A stretch of 64,000 bases of DNA from the NCBI GenBank assembly GCA_963705355.1, contig OY970070.1, positions 287,741-351,740 of the forward strand, written 5' to 3'. The position numbers and the translations under genes are program-made. Each line of letters begins with the position of its first letter. The stretch's first letter is position 1. The notes under the pieces were generated by a model. That model did not search any database. It was not told where the DNA came from and saw nothing but the letters and a program-made list of their open reading frames with translations. This DNA comes from an uncultured Thermoplasmata archaeon. Lineage in GTDB: Archaea > Thermoplasmatota > Thermoplasmata > UBA10834. Shown piece by piece: positions 40,782 through 51,420 of the stretch.

Positions 40782-41969
40782 TTGCATTCTGGGCTCTCAG
40801 AGGGCGAAATAACGAAGGTGATTCAGCTAGGATGCGGAATAACCGGACTCGTGTGTGCAGAGCATTTGGAGAAGAACGCCAAAGTCGATGAAGTCGTCCT
40901 TGCGGACTCTCGTACGGAACCCGCGAAGGCGATGGTATCTCGCGTCAAAAGCGAGAAGATGTCGATTCGGAAGGTGGATGGGACAGATCCGAACGAACTC
41001 AAGAGGCTGATGAAAGGTTGCGACCTGATTGTCTCATCCTTGCCTTGGGAGCTGAACAGGAAGGTACTAGATGTCGCTGCGTCGACTGGGACAGACTACG
41101 TCGACTTCTGTTTGACGGTGGAATCCGAAGAGGATCTGAAGACCGTCATGGTCAAGTGCAAGAAGGCCGGGATTCACGCATTGACGGCGACGGGGGAAGA
41201 TCCTGGCATATCGGATGTCTTTGCTGTGTATGGCGCCAGCAAGTTGGACAAGGTCGAAGAGGCACATGTTCGAGACGGTGACAGCGGTGCCGCCGAGGGC
41301 GTCGATTTCTTCTCCCTGTGGTCTCCCATCGACCTCCTTGAGGAAACGACTGTTCCCGCAGCTGTCTTCAGAAATGGACAGATGACGTTCGTCCCTCCTC
41401 TTGACAAGAGAGAGATCTATGAGTTTCCACCTCCCGTGGGGGCCTTGCCAGTTTATTACACGAACCACGAGGAGACCTACCTGATGCCCAGGTTCATCAA
41501 AGGCCTTCGGAATGCCGATTTCCAGATAGCCATTGACGACAGCTTTGCGAGCGTGGCCAGGATGCTGAGGAAACTGGGCCTCCACAGTCTGAAGCCTTTG
41601 GACGTGAAGGGAGTAAAGGTCAGGCCGCTGGATGTCGTGGTCTCGCTAATGCCGCGTCCAGTGGACCTCATCGGCAAGGTGAAAGGGCACGCCGTGATCG
41701 TTGTCGAGGTTCTTGGCGTGAAGGATGGCGTGAAGAGGAAGGTCAAACTGTGGACCATGATGTCCCACGAGAAGGCATACGATATCTGCAAGAGCAATGC
41801 CACTGGCTATCTCGTGGGATCGGGGGGAGCGGTGGCTGCTGAGATGCTTATTGCCGGCGAGGTCAAAGAGCATGGATTCCTGGCGCCCGAGCAACTTCCA
41901 GCGGACAAGTTCTTGGCGAGGCTGCCTTCCAAGGGACTCAAAGTTGAGGAGCGAATAACGGACCTCTGA
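40782..41969 (+). CDS. Saccharopine dehydrogenase-like oxidoreductase (carboxyspermidine dehydrogenase-like)
   Basis: QLGCGITG Rossmann motif, YVD, GEDPG, WSP..LLEE, HEE, PEQLP; start uncertain. Confidence 0.85.
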   Translation: MHSGLSEGEITKVIQLGCGITGLVCAEHLEKNAKVDEVVLADSRTEPAKAMVSRVKSEKMSIRKVDGTDPNELKRLMKGCDLIVSSLPWELNRKVLDVAASTGTDYVDFCLTVESEEDLKTVMVKCKKAGIHALTATGEDPGISDVFAVYGASKLDKVEEAHVRDGDSGAAEGVDFFSLWSPIDLLEETTVPAAVFRNGQMTFVPPLDKREIYEFPPPVGALPVYYTNHEETYLMPRFIKGLRNADFQIAIDDSFASVARMLRKLGLHSLKPLDVKGVKVRPLDVVVSLMPRPVDLIGKVKGHAVIVVEVLGVKDGVKRKVKLWTMMSHEKAYDICKSNATGYLVGSGGAVAAEMLIAGEVKEHGFLAPEQLPADKFLARLPSKGLKVEERITDL

Positions 41970-41988
41970 TTGTCAGAATCGCGTTGCG

Positions 41989-42798
41989 TCAACTCTTGCG
42001 TTTGGAGGCGAGGAGTTCGAGAGCCTCCTCCTCCATGAAATGCAACTTGCCAGGGACGACCAGCGTGTGCAGTGGGGGTCCGAAATCCAGAGAGACCAGC
42101 TCCTTGACTCTCCCTGCTCTCACGATGCAATCCGGCGACCCAGCACGAGCGACAGCGCACACCAGCGTGTCATCAGAAATCACGCCCTTTCGAGTGCGTC
42201 TCTCCATGTCCCTCAGCAGATTCAAGCCCTCGTTGGCTGTCATGTATCTCAGGTTCTCAGCGTCGATGTCCAGCAGAACGAGGGTGTGCAACCCTCTCGA
42301 CAGGTTGTCGGATATGACGTCGTAAGGGCTTGTGGGCGAGTATCCTTCCTGCGGGAACGGGAGTGTGGTTGTGCGCCCGAACTTGTAGTGCTGCAGTCCT
42401 AGCAGTCCAGGAACTGCTGTCAGGACGGATGCCCCGTGGATGACCGCTGTGTCTACGGACTGCTTGAGTGCCCTGAGCCTCAGGTCGATGTGAGTCGTTG
42501 CGGTCATCGGGTCTCCTGCGACGAGCAAGACCACTCTCTTGCTCAGGCAGGCATCCAATATCACGGTGCCCTCTTCGACCGCGATTCTGTCCAGCAATTC
42601 GATCCTTTGACGAGTCTTTGCCGCTAGTCGCTCCAGTGAACCCGTTGCCAAGGTGGATGTGTAGGCCTCTGCGAAGACCACATCGGCCTTCTCGATCTCC
42701 TCCAGACCCCTCACAGTCACCCCGTTTTCGTCATGCAGGCCGAGGCCGACAAATGACAGTCTGCCTTTTCCCGGAGCCACCTTCCTGAGAATGCCCAA
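41989..42798 (-). CDS. dph5: Diphthine synthase
   Basis: FVGLGL, EAYTS, GDPMTATTH, GLQHYKFGRT, GLHTLVLLDI, FGPPLH. Confidence 0.96.
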   Translation of the reverse strand: MGILRKVAPGKGRLSFVGLGLHDENGVTVRGLEEIEKADVVFAEAYTSTLATGSLERLAAKTRQRIELLDRIAVEEGTVILDACLSKRVVLLVAGDPMTATTHIDLRLRALKQSVDTAVIHGASVLTAVPGLLGLQHYKFGRTTTLPFPQEGYSPTSPYDVISDNLSRGLHTLVLLDIDAENLRYMTANEGLNLLRDMERRTRKGVISDDTLVCAVARAGSPDCIVRAGRVKELVSLDFGPPLHTLVVPGKLHFMEEEALELLASKRKS

Positions 42799-42865
42799 CC
42801 AACTAAAGTAACCTTTCTTTTCGGACAGCGACTTTATCTATCGCGTAGGTCGATTTGCTTTTTCG

Positions 42866-43870
42866 ATGGACTCTCTCTGCGTCGTGGTGCCGAAGAAGAA
42901 GGCCGAGCCCGTCCGCCGGCGGCTATTGGATAAGGGCATCCTCAGAAAGGGCGTCCAGATAAAGTCGGACGCCAAGAACGTCTACCTGCCTGTCACTCAG
43001 CGGATAGACCTGGGTTTCCCAATCGAGACCACAGATTTCAAGGAGGCCGAGGAGCAGGTCACGGACTACCGCCTGCTGGTCGACCTGCCGGAGGAGTTGA
43101 GGCCTTACCTGCCATCATCCTTCGACGCGCTCGGGTCGATCGCGCTCGTAAAGATGGCCGACGAGGTCGCGCCATATGCGTCCCAGATCGGGAAGGCGAT
43201 CATCGCCACTCAGAAGTCGATCAGGACAGTCTGCATGGATTCCGGCGTCGCGGACGAGTTCAGAACGAGAAGGATCAAGGTCGTCGCGGGGGAAAAGACC
43301 ACCGAGACGACGCACAAGGAATATGGGATGACTTTCAGGATGGACGTCTCCAGAGTCTTCTTCTCTCCGAGACTTGCAACCGAGCGGGAGAACGTTGCAA
43401 AGCAAGTTCAGCCCGGGGAGGTCGTGATAGACATGTTCGCTGGCATCGGCCCCTTCTCGATCATGATCGCAAAGACACGCTCGCCGAAGGTGGTGTATGC
43501 CATCGACAAGAACCCAGATGCGGTCAGCTTCATGAAGGAGAACCTGTCCCTCAACAAGGTCTCGACAGTCAAACCAATCCTCGGCGATGCCAGAGAGGAG
43601 ATCTCAAAGCTCGAGAAGGCTGACAGGATCATCATGAATCTCCCGCACGACGCTAACGAGTACGTAGCCGATGCGCTCAAGATGCTGAAGCCCGGCGGGA
43701 TCGTTCACTACTACGAGATCACGGAGGAGCCCAAGCTCCAGCCTCGACTGGATGAGATCGCCGACACAGCGAGACGAGAGGGGCGCGTTCTAAAGGAGCT
43801 CGCCAGAAGGAAGGTCAAGAGCTACTCCCCGACCATGAACCTCTACGGATTCGACCTTCAGTTCCTTTGA
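42866..43870 (+). CDS. trm5: tRNA (guanine-37-N1) methyltransferase, Trm5/Taw family
   Basis: T.HKEYG, VFFSPRLATER, DMFAGIGPF, DKNPDA, DRIIMNLP. Confidence 0.9.
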   Translation: MDSLCVVVPKKKAEPVRRRLLDKGILRKGVQIKSDAKNVYLPVTQRIDLGFPIETTDFKEAEEQVTDYRLLVDLPEELRPYLPSSFDALGSIALVKMADEVAPYASQIGKAIIATQKSIRTVCMDSGVADEFRTRRIKVVAGEKTTETTHKEYGMTFRMDVSRVFFSPRLATERENVAKQVQPGEVVIDMFAGIGPFSIMIAKTRSPKVVYAIDKNPDAVSFMKENLSLNKVSTVKPILGDAREEISKLEKADRIIMNLPHDANEYVADALKMLKPGGIVHYYEITEEPKLQPRLDEIADTARREGRVLKELARRKVKSYSPTMNLYGFDLQFL

Positions 43871-44355
43871 CATTTCCTCGGTTGGAGGGTTATTCCCCTC
43901 TGACCCTGATAGTTGCCCGAGCGCTGCTCGTAGCCTTTCTTCGGCGACGAGCGTAGCTCCTCGAACACGACCTGAGCGAACCTGTCTCCTATCGGGACTT
44001 CGACAGGTCCGTTGGAGGCATTGTAAGCAGAAAAGGTCAAATTTCCGTTAAATCCAGCATCGATTCTTCCAAAAGAGGACAATATCCCTTTTCTGGCCCA
44101 GGTGGTCCTGATCCATATCTCTCCGACCAAGAATCCAGGGAGTACCAAGTATTCCTTGGTGCCCACTACGAACCAGGAGCTCCCGGGCACCACAGCGGTT
44201 CCCTCCCTGATCTTCTCATCGGTCGAAGGGACCCATATCTCCTCGATGGTAACGTCGTAGCCGTTGGGGGTCAGGTTGTTCTCGTTGAAGCCTTCGATCT
44301 TCAGCGAGCCATTGGCCAGCATATCGAGTATGTCGGTGTCCGAAAGAACCGCCAT
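43858..44355 (-). CDS. dcd: dCTP deaminase/dUTPase family
   Basis: LSD.DI, PNGYD, RTTWARKG, IDAGF.G, RFAQ, G.YQGQRG. Confidence 0.88.
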   Translation of the reverse strand: MAVLSDTDILDMLANGSLKIEGFNENNLTPNGYDVTIEEIWVPSTDEKIREGTAVVPGSSWFVVGTKEYLVLPGFLVGEIWIRTTWARKGILSSFGRIDAGFNGNLTFSAYNASNGPVEVPIGDRFAQVVFEELRSSPKKGYEQRSGNYQGQRGITLQPRKCQRN

Positions 44356-44360
44356 GCTGG

Positions 44361-44966
44361 CTACCTCTTGCCACTACGCTTTTTCGGCTTTGCGGATGCG
44401 GGGGTCGCGCGGTTCTCGGCATCCTGTCGCCCAATCTCCTCGGCGGCTTGCTCCGCAAGCAACTTGAACCTGACGAAGGCTGAGTTCCACTTCTCCTCGA
44501 GCTCTACCTTGAAGGCGTCGGAAAGATCCTCCGGACCGGCGATCTCGATCCGCCTGAACCCCTTCTCCGCAAGTATCTCGTTCACAGGTTCGACCGATTT
44601 CTCTATCCTGCCCCATTTGAACAGTTGGTCTATGCCCTCGAGCTCCTTTGACAACTCAACGATGTGCTCAGTTCCGAGCTTCGAGAGCAGCCTCGTGTAG
44701 AGGTCCGTAAGTTCCTTCACGGCCTTCATCGAGGCCTTCCTCAGACCCTCCATGAACCTGTCCAGGTCCTCATCCTTGAGCTGGGCCAGCTTCCTCGATG
44801 AAGATGCCAGGGAGTCCTTCGCCTCGGCCATCATCGCGGGCTCAAGCTCAGTCTCTATCGTGCGAATTATGACTATGCCATGCCGCGCAAGGGCCGCCTT
44901 CGCCTCAGTGAGGTCTCGGAGAAGCCCAGGGCTCAGCGTGTACGGCATGCGCAACCCCTGGCTCAT
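44361..44966 (-). CDS. Hypothetical helical protein
   Basis: Coupled between the M42 peptidase and dcd; native codon style. Confidence 0.7.
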   Translation of the reverse strand: MSQGLRMPYTLSPGLLRDLTEAKAALARHGIVIIRTIETELEPAMMAEAKDSLASSSRKLAQLKDEDLDRFMEGLRKASMKAVKELTDLYTRLLSKLGTEHIVELSKELEGIDQLFKWGRIEKSVEPVNEILAEKGFRRIEIAGPEDLSDAFKVELEEKWNSAFVRFKLLAEQAAEEIGRQDAENRATPASAKPKKRSGKR

Positions 44967-46090
44967 ACCTCAGTCAAGCCCGCAACGGTCTTCTTGTCGA
45001 GCTTTCTAATGAGTTCGATGACGAGCTTGATGCAATTCTCGGCGTCCTCCATGCTCAAGAGGCCGACGTGCGAGTGTATGTGCCTCGTCGGGACGCCAAG
45101 CACAACGCTCGGGCATCCGGCGTTCGCCATGTGAATCACGCCCGCGTCAGTGCCTCCCTTCACTTGGGATAGCTGTATGGGGATTCTCTTCTGCTTGGCC
45201 GTCTTGATTACCAGTTCAACGAGACCCTGGTTGGGGATCATGGAACTGTCGAACGTCGTTAGTGTGGGACCATAGCCCATCTTGGATGCAGCCTCGTTCG
45301 CCTCGATGCCTGGCACATCGCCCGCGATGTCAACTTCGAGGGTTATGCAGACATCCGGCTTCACGATGTACGCAGTCGTGCGGGCTCCCCTCAGGCCAAC
45401 TTCCTCCTGCGTGGTCGCAGCCCCGATGACCTTGTTGGGATGACTGATCTTCCTCTCAGCCAAGATCCTCACCACTTCCGCAGCGGTCCAAGCCCCTATC
45501 CTGTCGTCAAATGCCTTTCCGATCGCGATCGTGTCAGTCCCCTTTTTCTTGCCGTCCTTGAAGAGCCTCTTCTGCATCGTGGAGAAGCAGGAGTCAGGAA
45601 TCGCAGGATTCCCCACCCTCACCCCCATCGCTTTCGCCTCCTCTTCGTTCGAGGCGCCGATGTCTATGAACATCTTCTCCTTGACGACAACCTTGCTCCT
45701 CTCTTCCGCCGGCAGAAGATGCGGTGGCTTGGCGGCGATTATTCCCGGGACCACTCCCTTGTCGGTCTTCACGAGCACTCTCTGGCCTAGCAGAACCTGG
45801 TCGAACCATCCGCCGAGCGGATTGAAGGTCAGGAATCCCAGCTTGTGTATCGACGATATGATGAATCCGACCTCGTCTATGTGCCCAGGCACCAAAACGA
45901 CTGGGCTATCAACGGTTCCCTTTTTCTCAAACATGAGTGAGCCGAGCTTGTCCGAGTACACTCTGTCGGAGAACCCGGAGACGTAGTTCTTCATAATCCT
46001 GGCAGGCTCCCTCTCGAAACCCGAGGGGCCGAAGCAGTTGGTCAGCTCTTCTAAGAACTTCATCGCTTGCTGGTCTATCGTAGCAGTCAC
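44963..46090 (-). CDS. M42 family (TET) aminopeptidase
   Basis: GPSGFE, HIDEVG, GKAFDDR.G, QEEVGLRGA, GGTDAG, RHIHS. Confidence 0.95.
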   Translation of the reverse strand: MTATIDQQAMKFLEELTNCFGPSGFEREPARIMKNYVSGFSDRVYSDKLGSLMFEKKGTVDSPVVLVPGHIDEVGFIISSIHKLGFLTFNPLGGWFDQVLLGQRVLVKTDKGVVPGIIAAKPPHLLPAEERSKVVVKEKMFIDIGASNEEEAKAMGVRVGNPAIPDSCFSTMQKRLFKDGKKKGTDTIAIGKAFDDRIGAWTAAEVVRILAERKISHPNKVIGAATTQEEVGLRGARTTAYIVKPDVCITLEVDIAGDVPGIEANEAASKMGYGPTLTTFDSSMIPNQGLVELVIKTAKQKRIPIQLSQVKGGTDAGVIHMANAGCPSVVLGVPTRHIHSHVGLLSMEDAENCIKLVIELIRKLDKKTVAGLTEV

Positions 46091-46164
46091 CTTGTCGCGA
46101 GCATCAGGTTGACGATAGATAATCCTTTGCAGTATTGAAATCGTAGATGGATAGTGTCTGAGAT

Positions 46165-46970
46165 TCAGGGTTCAAGATTCTTTGCATTCTGTGGCAAGGT
46201 GTTTCTAATCTTGCCCGCTTGGATAGCAAGTTCAAGCTCACCGATCTGACCATCCATGAACTGAGATACCAGGTCAATCATTGGCCTCGGCATCTCCTTG
46301 ACAAGCTCGATCTCCGGCTTTCTCAGCATCCCCAGGATGCCGTCTGGAATCTTCTGCTCCTGTTCGAGTATGGCATCGTCGACGGGAAGATTTGCATACC
46401 AGTTGCGGTAAGTCTCTCCCCTTGAGCTGTCGTGTCCAACATAGTACGCTGAGGCGGAATTGGTCAGTCTCGCATCCTCGCACTTCAAGCATACGAAATG
46501 CCTGAAGTCAGAAGGGCAGAGTTTGGGTAGCTTCCATCGCTGCTGGAATCGCGACCAGTATCTGCCCATGCAACCCTTGTCCAACGGCCTTGAGTTCTCG
46601 ATTCTTCCGTCCGAATGCCGCCAAGGAATGATAGGGTCTTCGGGTTTCATTCCAGTCCCTCTCTCATCGAGAGCTTCCTTCAGTATCTCTATGATGGCTG
46701 GCGGCAGATGCGCTCCTATCCAGGCATCCGTCTTGAAGTGCTCATCCCGTCCACTGGCCAGAATGGCGTGTGGCATTCCGGCTTCATCGTACTGGATGTT
46801 TCGCATCTTCAGGTTGTACAAGTGGCTCGGACGCCATCCGAACTCCATTGTCAGGAGCACAAGGAGCTTCGTGTAGGTGTCCGGCTCCTTCTCGACAGCT
46901 TCAATCCACTGCTGATTGAAATTAAAGGAAGAATGTCTGGCTCTTAGGAGGTGCACGGCTCGGCGCGCTC
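46165..46970 (-). pseudogene. Tyrosine recombinase/integrase C-terminal fragment (IntC-like), N-terminus lost at att-like site A
   Basis: EFGWRP (catalytic R), SDFRH (HxxR position), YVGH, NWY. The ORF stays open across the att-like repeat but has no plausible N-terminal domain or start. Confidence 0.75.
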
Positions 46971-47054
46971 CCGAAGTGAGAAAAGCCCATAGGGGGGAAG
47001 AAAGGAAGGGGTTTGGCCGCCCCGTCAATCGCGTCTGATTGACAAAGAAGCCAG
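46901..47054 (+). repeat. Composite att-like site A
   Basis: TCAATC-N7-GATTGA-N17-CTGGCT-N6-AGGTGCA..., then GAAAAGCCCATAGGGGGGAAGAAAGG, AAGGGGTTTGG, a second palindrome GTCAATC-N6-GATTGAC (47024-47043) and AGCCAG. Confidence 0.8.
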
Positions 47055-47188
47055 ATGGGCCATCGCGATTTGAGCGCGAAGCCAGAACCTAGGACCCCCG
47101 GAGGAAATGCTCTCTCCTGCTCGATCTAGACGAAGGAGTCAAATCTGCGACTCTGCGATATCGTGCCTTGGATTTGGCGAGTGGGACA

Positions 47189-48619
47189 ATGAGAAAAGAG
47201 CTAGTGCCCTATGCAAACCTGGTGACGGAATCTCGAAAGAGAGAGAAGAAAGCCCTCGATATGCTCGCGGAATTAGTGAAGTATCCCTCCGTCGCCATCA
47301 GGGACCACCCAACGATACTGGAGTGCGCCAGTTGTGTTGAGGATCAATTGAGGAAGTTCGGCTATTCCGTGAAACAGTATCCGACTGGGGGTTCGCCTGT
47401 TGTATTCGGCGAAAGGAACGTTGGGGCGGCAAAGACGCTTCTCATCTATGAACACTACGATGTCCAGCCCGAGGATCCTCTTGAGAGTTGGAGTGTCCCA
47501 CCTTGGCAGCTGACCATCAAGGGTGAGCGTTTCTATGGCAGGGGCACATGTGACACCAAGGGTCCCCACATCGCCAATCTGATTGGCATGAGCCTGATTG
47601 AGGACTTGCTTGGACAGCTTCCTGTTAACGTCAAGTTCGTCGTCGAGGGGGAAGAGGAGATTGGATCAGAGCATCTGCCTGTGTTCGCAATTCCAAACGG
47701 GGACCTACTGAAGGCCGATGGGGGAGTAATTGAAGCGCTAACAGTCAACCCTGGGAGTTCATCGGAGATGATAAGCGGGGCAAAAGGATGTGCCTATTTC
47801 GAACTGTCTGCAGAGGGTACGCCACCGTTCCCCAGGACCGACGCTCATTCAGGATTTGCAGGCGCCGTTCCGAATGCTGCCTGGAGACTGATTTGGGCAC
47901 TTGCCTCCCTCAAGGATGCGAACGAGAACATCCTGATTGAGGGCTTCAATGATTTGGTCAAGGAGCCGTCAGCGGAGGACCTGGCGGCTCTCAAGAACGC
48001 CCAACGGAGCTTGGAGAAGTTCTTGGCAGATGAGTATGGAGTGACGAGGACCATCCTCGATCGCAGAGGGCTCGACCTAAAGAGAGCGATCTATCTTGAA
48101 CCATGCATATCTGTGTGTGGAATCGAGAGTGGATACCGTGGCCCAGGATCAAAGTCGATTACGCCTGCGCGAGCCAAGACCAAACTTGACTTCAGGTTAG
48201 TCCCTGATCTCACTGAAGATAAAGTAGAAGCGTTGTTAAGAGCACATCTTGAGAGGAACGGCTTCTCCGACATCCGAGTGACAAGAGTTGACCGTGGCTA
48301 CGACCCGGCGAAGACTCCAATCAACGATCCGTTCATTCAACTCGTCCATCAAGCTGCAGCCGAAATCGCCTCCCCGGCTCCCGTTGACCTGATTCCTATG
48401 CATTGGGGGAGCGCCCCTCTTTATCTCTTCACCCCCCATGTTCCGTGCTGCATAATGGCCAGCGATGGAGATTTGCAGACGAACGCTCACGCCCCTGACG
48501 AGAACTGGATTAGGTCGAGTATGTGTAACAGTATGGCTTTCGTCGCGCTTGTGGCCGAACGAATGGCTGCAACATCAAAGGGTTTGTGGGACAACGAAGA
48601 AGAACTCAATTCCGGCTGA
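47189..48619 (+). CDS. M20 family dipeptidase (cargo)
   Basis: YEHYDVQP, YGRG.CDTKG, EGEEEIGS, D.HSG, DFRLVP, NAHAPDEN; the stop codon lies inside site B. Confidence 0.92.
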   Translation: MRKELVPYANLVTESRKREKKALDMLAELVKYPSVAIRDHPTILECASCVEDQLRKFGYSVKQYPTGGSPVVFGERNVGAAKTLLIYEHYDVQPEDPLESWSVPPWQLTIKGERFYGRGTCDTKGPHIANLIGMSLIEDLLGQLPVNVKFVVEGEEEIGSEHLPVFAIPNGDLLKADGGVIEALTVNPGSSSEMISGAKGCAYFELSAEGTPPFPRTDAHSGFAGAVPNAAWRLIWALASLKDANENILIEGFNDLVKEPSAEDLAALKNAQRSLEKFLADEYGVTRTILDRRGLDLKRAIYLEPCISVCGIESGYRGPGSKSITPARAKTKLDFRLVPDLTEDKVEALLRAHLERNGFSDIRVTRVDRGYDPAKTPINDPFIQLVHQAAAEIASPAPVDLIPMHWGSAPLYLFTPHVPCCIMASDGDLQTNAHAPDENWIRSSMCNSMAFVALVAERMAATSKGLWDNEEELNSG

Positions 48620-48729
48620 TTGAAATCAGAAAAAGAATGTCTGGCTTAGTGTGGGTGCGCGCCCCTGCGGCCGCACTCAGCTGTTTTGAGAAAAGCCAAT
48701 AGGGGAGGAAAGGCGACCGATGTTCAAAC
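48606..48729 (+). repeat. Composite att-like site B
   Basis: TCAATT-N6-GATTGA-N17-CTGGCT-N6-GGGTGCGCGCCCCTGCGGCCGCAC (degenerate copy of the site D tRNA relic), then GAAAAGCCAATAGGGGAGGAAAGGCGACCGATGTTCAAAC; distal AAGGGTTTGG..TCAATT..GATT..AGCCAG at ~49004-49058. Confidence 0.8.
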
Positions 48730-49238
48730 CGCAATTCACGCCACATCCGAAAAAAGGCTATAGAGAAGGACAAATCCGAAGGCCTAGGAATCGCATTCAC
48801 CCCTATGGAGAGCGAAAGGTTGGTTAGTGTGTATGAGTGCAATGTGTGCCACTTTCTGTTCGGGAAACATGCCCCCCAGTGTCCAGTTTGCCACCATGGG
48901 GCGCTGTCTATGGTTGGCTCCTTTCTCCCTGAGAAAGGACATGAACAACCACCCTGAGTGGCGCTTTCCGTCTGCTGGAAAAGGCAATAGACAAGGAAAT
49001 GAGAAGGGTTTGGTGCGTTCTCCGAAGACTCAATTAGCCAGATTAGCTTCCGAGCCAGTGTGTCTCGAAACGGGGTCGGTCTACCCTACTCTCGCCACTC
49101 CGGACCCGATTTTTTTGGAATGACTTTCTGGAAGGCGCAATGCAATGCTCACCTTCCACGGCCATCATTCTGTGAAGTGGTGGGTCAACCTCATGACATC
49201 TCGGTAAGGCACGACGCCGACGATCCTGCCCTCGGCGT

Positions 49239-50342
49239 CTACGACCGGCAGCGAGCGTTCATCAGCCTCCCCTGCAGGGGCTCGAGCTTCGGATGCGTGA
49301 AGGAGCCATTCTCTTCGATGACCTCGCCATCAAAGAACACAGAGGGCTTTATCGTCACGCCGTCGATGTGGCTCTTCGCGAGGGGGTAGCCGCCATGAAA
49401 GGAGGCCATCTGAGAGCCGAAGCCCGTGACAAATACACCGAAGGCCCGCTCGTCCTCGAGGATTTTTCCCGAGAGGCGAGCCCCGGGGTTGAAGCCGAAG
49501 CAAAAGTGTGCCACATTATACATCCTGCGGTCTCGGAAGTGCCGAATCCATTCACGCAGAATATCTGCAGCCTTCCCGTCACCGATGGAAACGATTCGCC
49601 CTTTCGAGAGCTCCAGGCGGATTGGCTCTTTCAATGGTGCGAGAGGATCGGGAGGCCACACCGTGCCGTCTAGGACTAGGCTCCCCTCAATCGTGCCCTC
49701 CATCGCAGCCCAAGAGAGCTGCCCGCCCAGGTAGCTATCACGACCAGAAACCACGCACTCCCCCGTGTCAAGGAATATGGGTCGCTTCCCGTTTTTGAAG
49801 CTGATGTCCGTGCCTGCGAGAGATGTCACACGAATCTCCTTCGCTCTAGCGGTCATCTCCTGTAGCGTCATCCCGAATTTCTTCAGATCAGGGAGAGACA
49901 CATTTCCTATGCACCGAGTCATCATATCCGCGTCCATCCCCGAGAGGCAGAGTGCCCTCGCGCCCGCAGCCATGGCGCGCTCGAAGGCTTTCGTGGTGAT
50001 GAGATACGTCCGCGCGAACTCCACAAGGACATCTGCGCTCTTCATCGCTTCCGCGAAGGAAGCTGGGGGTTCGGTGCCCAGCGGCCCTTTGATATGGTAC
50101 CAAACTTCCAGTGACTGGCCCCCACGAGTCTCCACCGCGTCAGCTGTCGCGCGCACGACACTCGGATCCGCGCCTTGGTCGCCATAGACGATGACCGTCT
50201 CGCCCTTCTTTAACCGTAGCAAGTCTCTAACAATAACCGTCGCCACGCCCTTTACGTTCTCCGTATAAATCCCCTCCAGTGACCAGATCTGCGGCTTAAG
50301 AAAGTTCGCATCAGCGCGCCTCCTTTCTATGCTTCTTCTCAA
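49239..50342 (-). CDS. M29/AmpS-like aminopeptidase family protein
   Basis: LK.GE.V.V..D, TS.AGTDISF, G.LV.DG, LKEPI.L...GRI, AHFCFG.NP.A..SG.ILEDE, SHID. Confidence 0.82.
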   Translation of the reverse strand: MRRSIERRRADANFLKPQIWSLEGIYTENVKGVATVIVRDLLRLKKGETVIVYGDQGADPSVVRATADAVETRGGQSLEVWYHIKGPLGTEPPASFAEAMKSADVLVEFARTYLITTKAFERAMAAGARALCLSGMDADMMTRCIGNVSLPDLKKFGMTLQEMTARAKEIRVTSLAGTDISFKNGKRPIFLDTGECVVSGRDSYLGGQLSWAAMEGTIEGSLVLDGTVWPPDPLAPLKEPIRLELSKGRIVSIGDGKAADILREWIRHFRDRRMYNVAHFCFGFNPGARLSGKILEDERAFGVFVTGFGSQMASFHGGYPLAKSHIDGVTIKPSVFFDGEVIEENGSFTHPKLEPLQGRLMNARCRS

Positions 50343-51420
50343 CGGGCACGAACTTTGATCTGAACCCGAAGTATCCAGGGCCGAAAACTTCGATACCCTT
50401 CGGCGTCCGCCATATGTTCGGGGCGGGAAGGCCGAAGACCGCGATCGACTGGCCCTTCGTCACCCAAGGATTCAGAACCGGCACGCGCTCTTCGATATCT
50501 AGGAGGCAGATAAGGTCTGGTACTGTGACGTCGACCTTATCATCGCGCCATGCGATGATGTTCTCGTTCTTGAACCATATCCTGTAACGCTTCCCGTAGT
50601 CCTTGTCCACGCTACGAAGGGAGATTTCACCGAAGGTGAACCCCTCCTTGTCCTGATACTTGCAGTTCGCCATCGCCACGCCTCGGAACAGGAGGTAACC
50701 GCCCGTGGCCTCGAGGATCGCTTCGATGACATTCGCCTTGCCGCGGATCGCTTGTCCGACTCTTTCACAAAAGGTGATAGACCGCAATACAAGACCCTTC
50801 CGCAGACTCCCGACACAGCCCGGATGATCTGCGACACCGACATGCCCCCCACTAATCACGGCCATGGAGCGGACAAAAGCCTCGGCGTGAAAATCGTCCA
50901 TCACGCGCTGTACGATCACCTCATCCCCGTATTTATTCGCAATGCCCATGGGCGCAATGGGGATTCCCGCGACGAAGTATGTCGAGTGCTGGAGGTCAGG
51001 TACGGAACGGCCTGCGCCATCCGCATCCAAAACAGGGAGCCCGAGCTGAGCAGCGACGGACAGGGCGGCAGCCGTGTTCCCTCCACCGAGTTCCGAAGCC
51101 ACGATGCTCCCGAAGGCAACGCCGAGATGGCGTTCGAGAGCCCTCGTTGCCAATAGGCATTCTTGTCCATCGTAGAGTATCTCTTCTTTCGCCTTGAAAA
51201 CGGTTTTCCCGGTTGGCGCGAGACTCCCGCAGTAATATGGCGTGCACATCCAGGTCTCCTGTGGTAATTCATCTGGATCTGCGAGGCGGATCGAGCGGCC
51301 CGCCTTCAAATCCGCCGCGACCGTTTCGAGCCCCTTATCCAACGACCCGCCACCACCGGTCCCCAGGAACGCTGCGCCTACCAAGATATCCTGCACATTC
51401 GCCAAGTTTAGTGTTCTCAT
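50311..51420 (-). CDS. DUF917 family protein
   Basis: GAAFLGTGGGG, ELGGGN, DADGAGRSVP.LQ, FKNEN, PDLIC. Confidence 0.9.
   Translation of the reverse strand: MRTLNLANVQDILVGAAFLGTGGGGSLDKGLETVAADLKAGRSIRLADPDELPQETWMCTPYYCGSLAPTGKTVFKAKEEILYDGQECLLATRALERHLGVAFGSIVASELGGGNTAAALSVAAQLGLPVLDADGAGRSVPDLQHSTYFVAGIPIAPMGIANKYGDEVIVQRVMDDFHAEAFVRSMAVISGGHVGVADHPGCVGSLRKGLVLRSITFCERVGQAIRGKANVIEAILEATGGYLLFRGVAMANCKYQDKEGFTFGEISLRSVDKDYGKRYRIWFKNENIIAWRDDKVDVTVPDLICLLDIEERVPVLNPWVTKGQSIAVFGLPAPNIWRTPKGIEVFGPGYFGFRSKFVPVEKKHRKEAR

Noticed and set aside
48730..49238. Small ORFs between site B and the M29 gene
   Set aside because: No motifs, atypical composition; the region is better explained as junction DNA.
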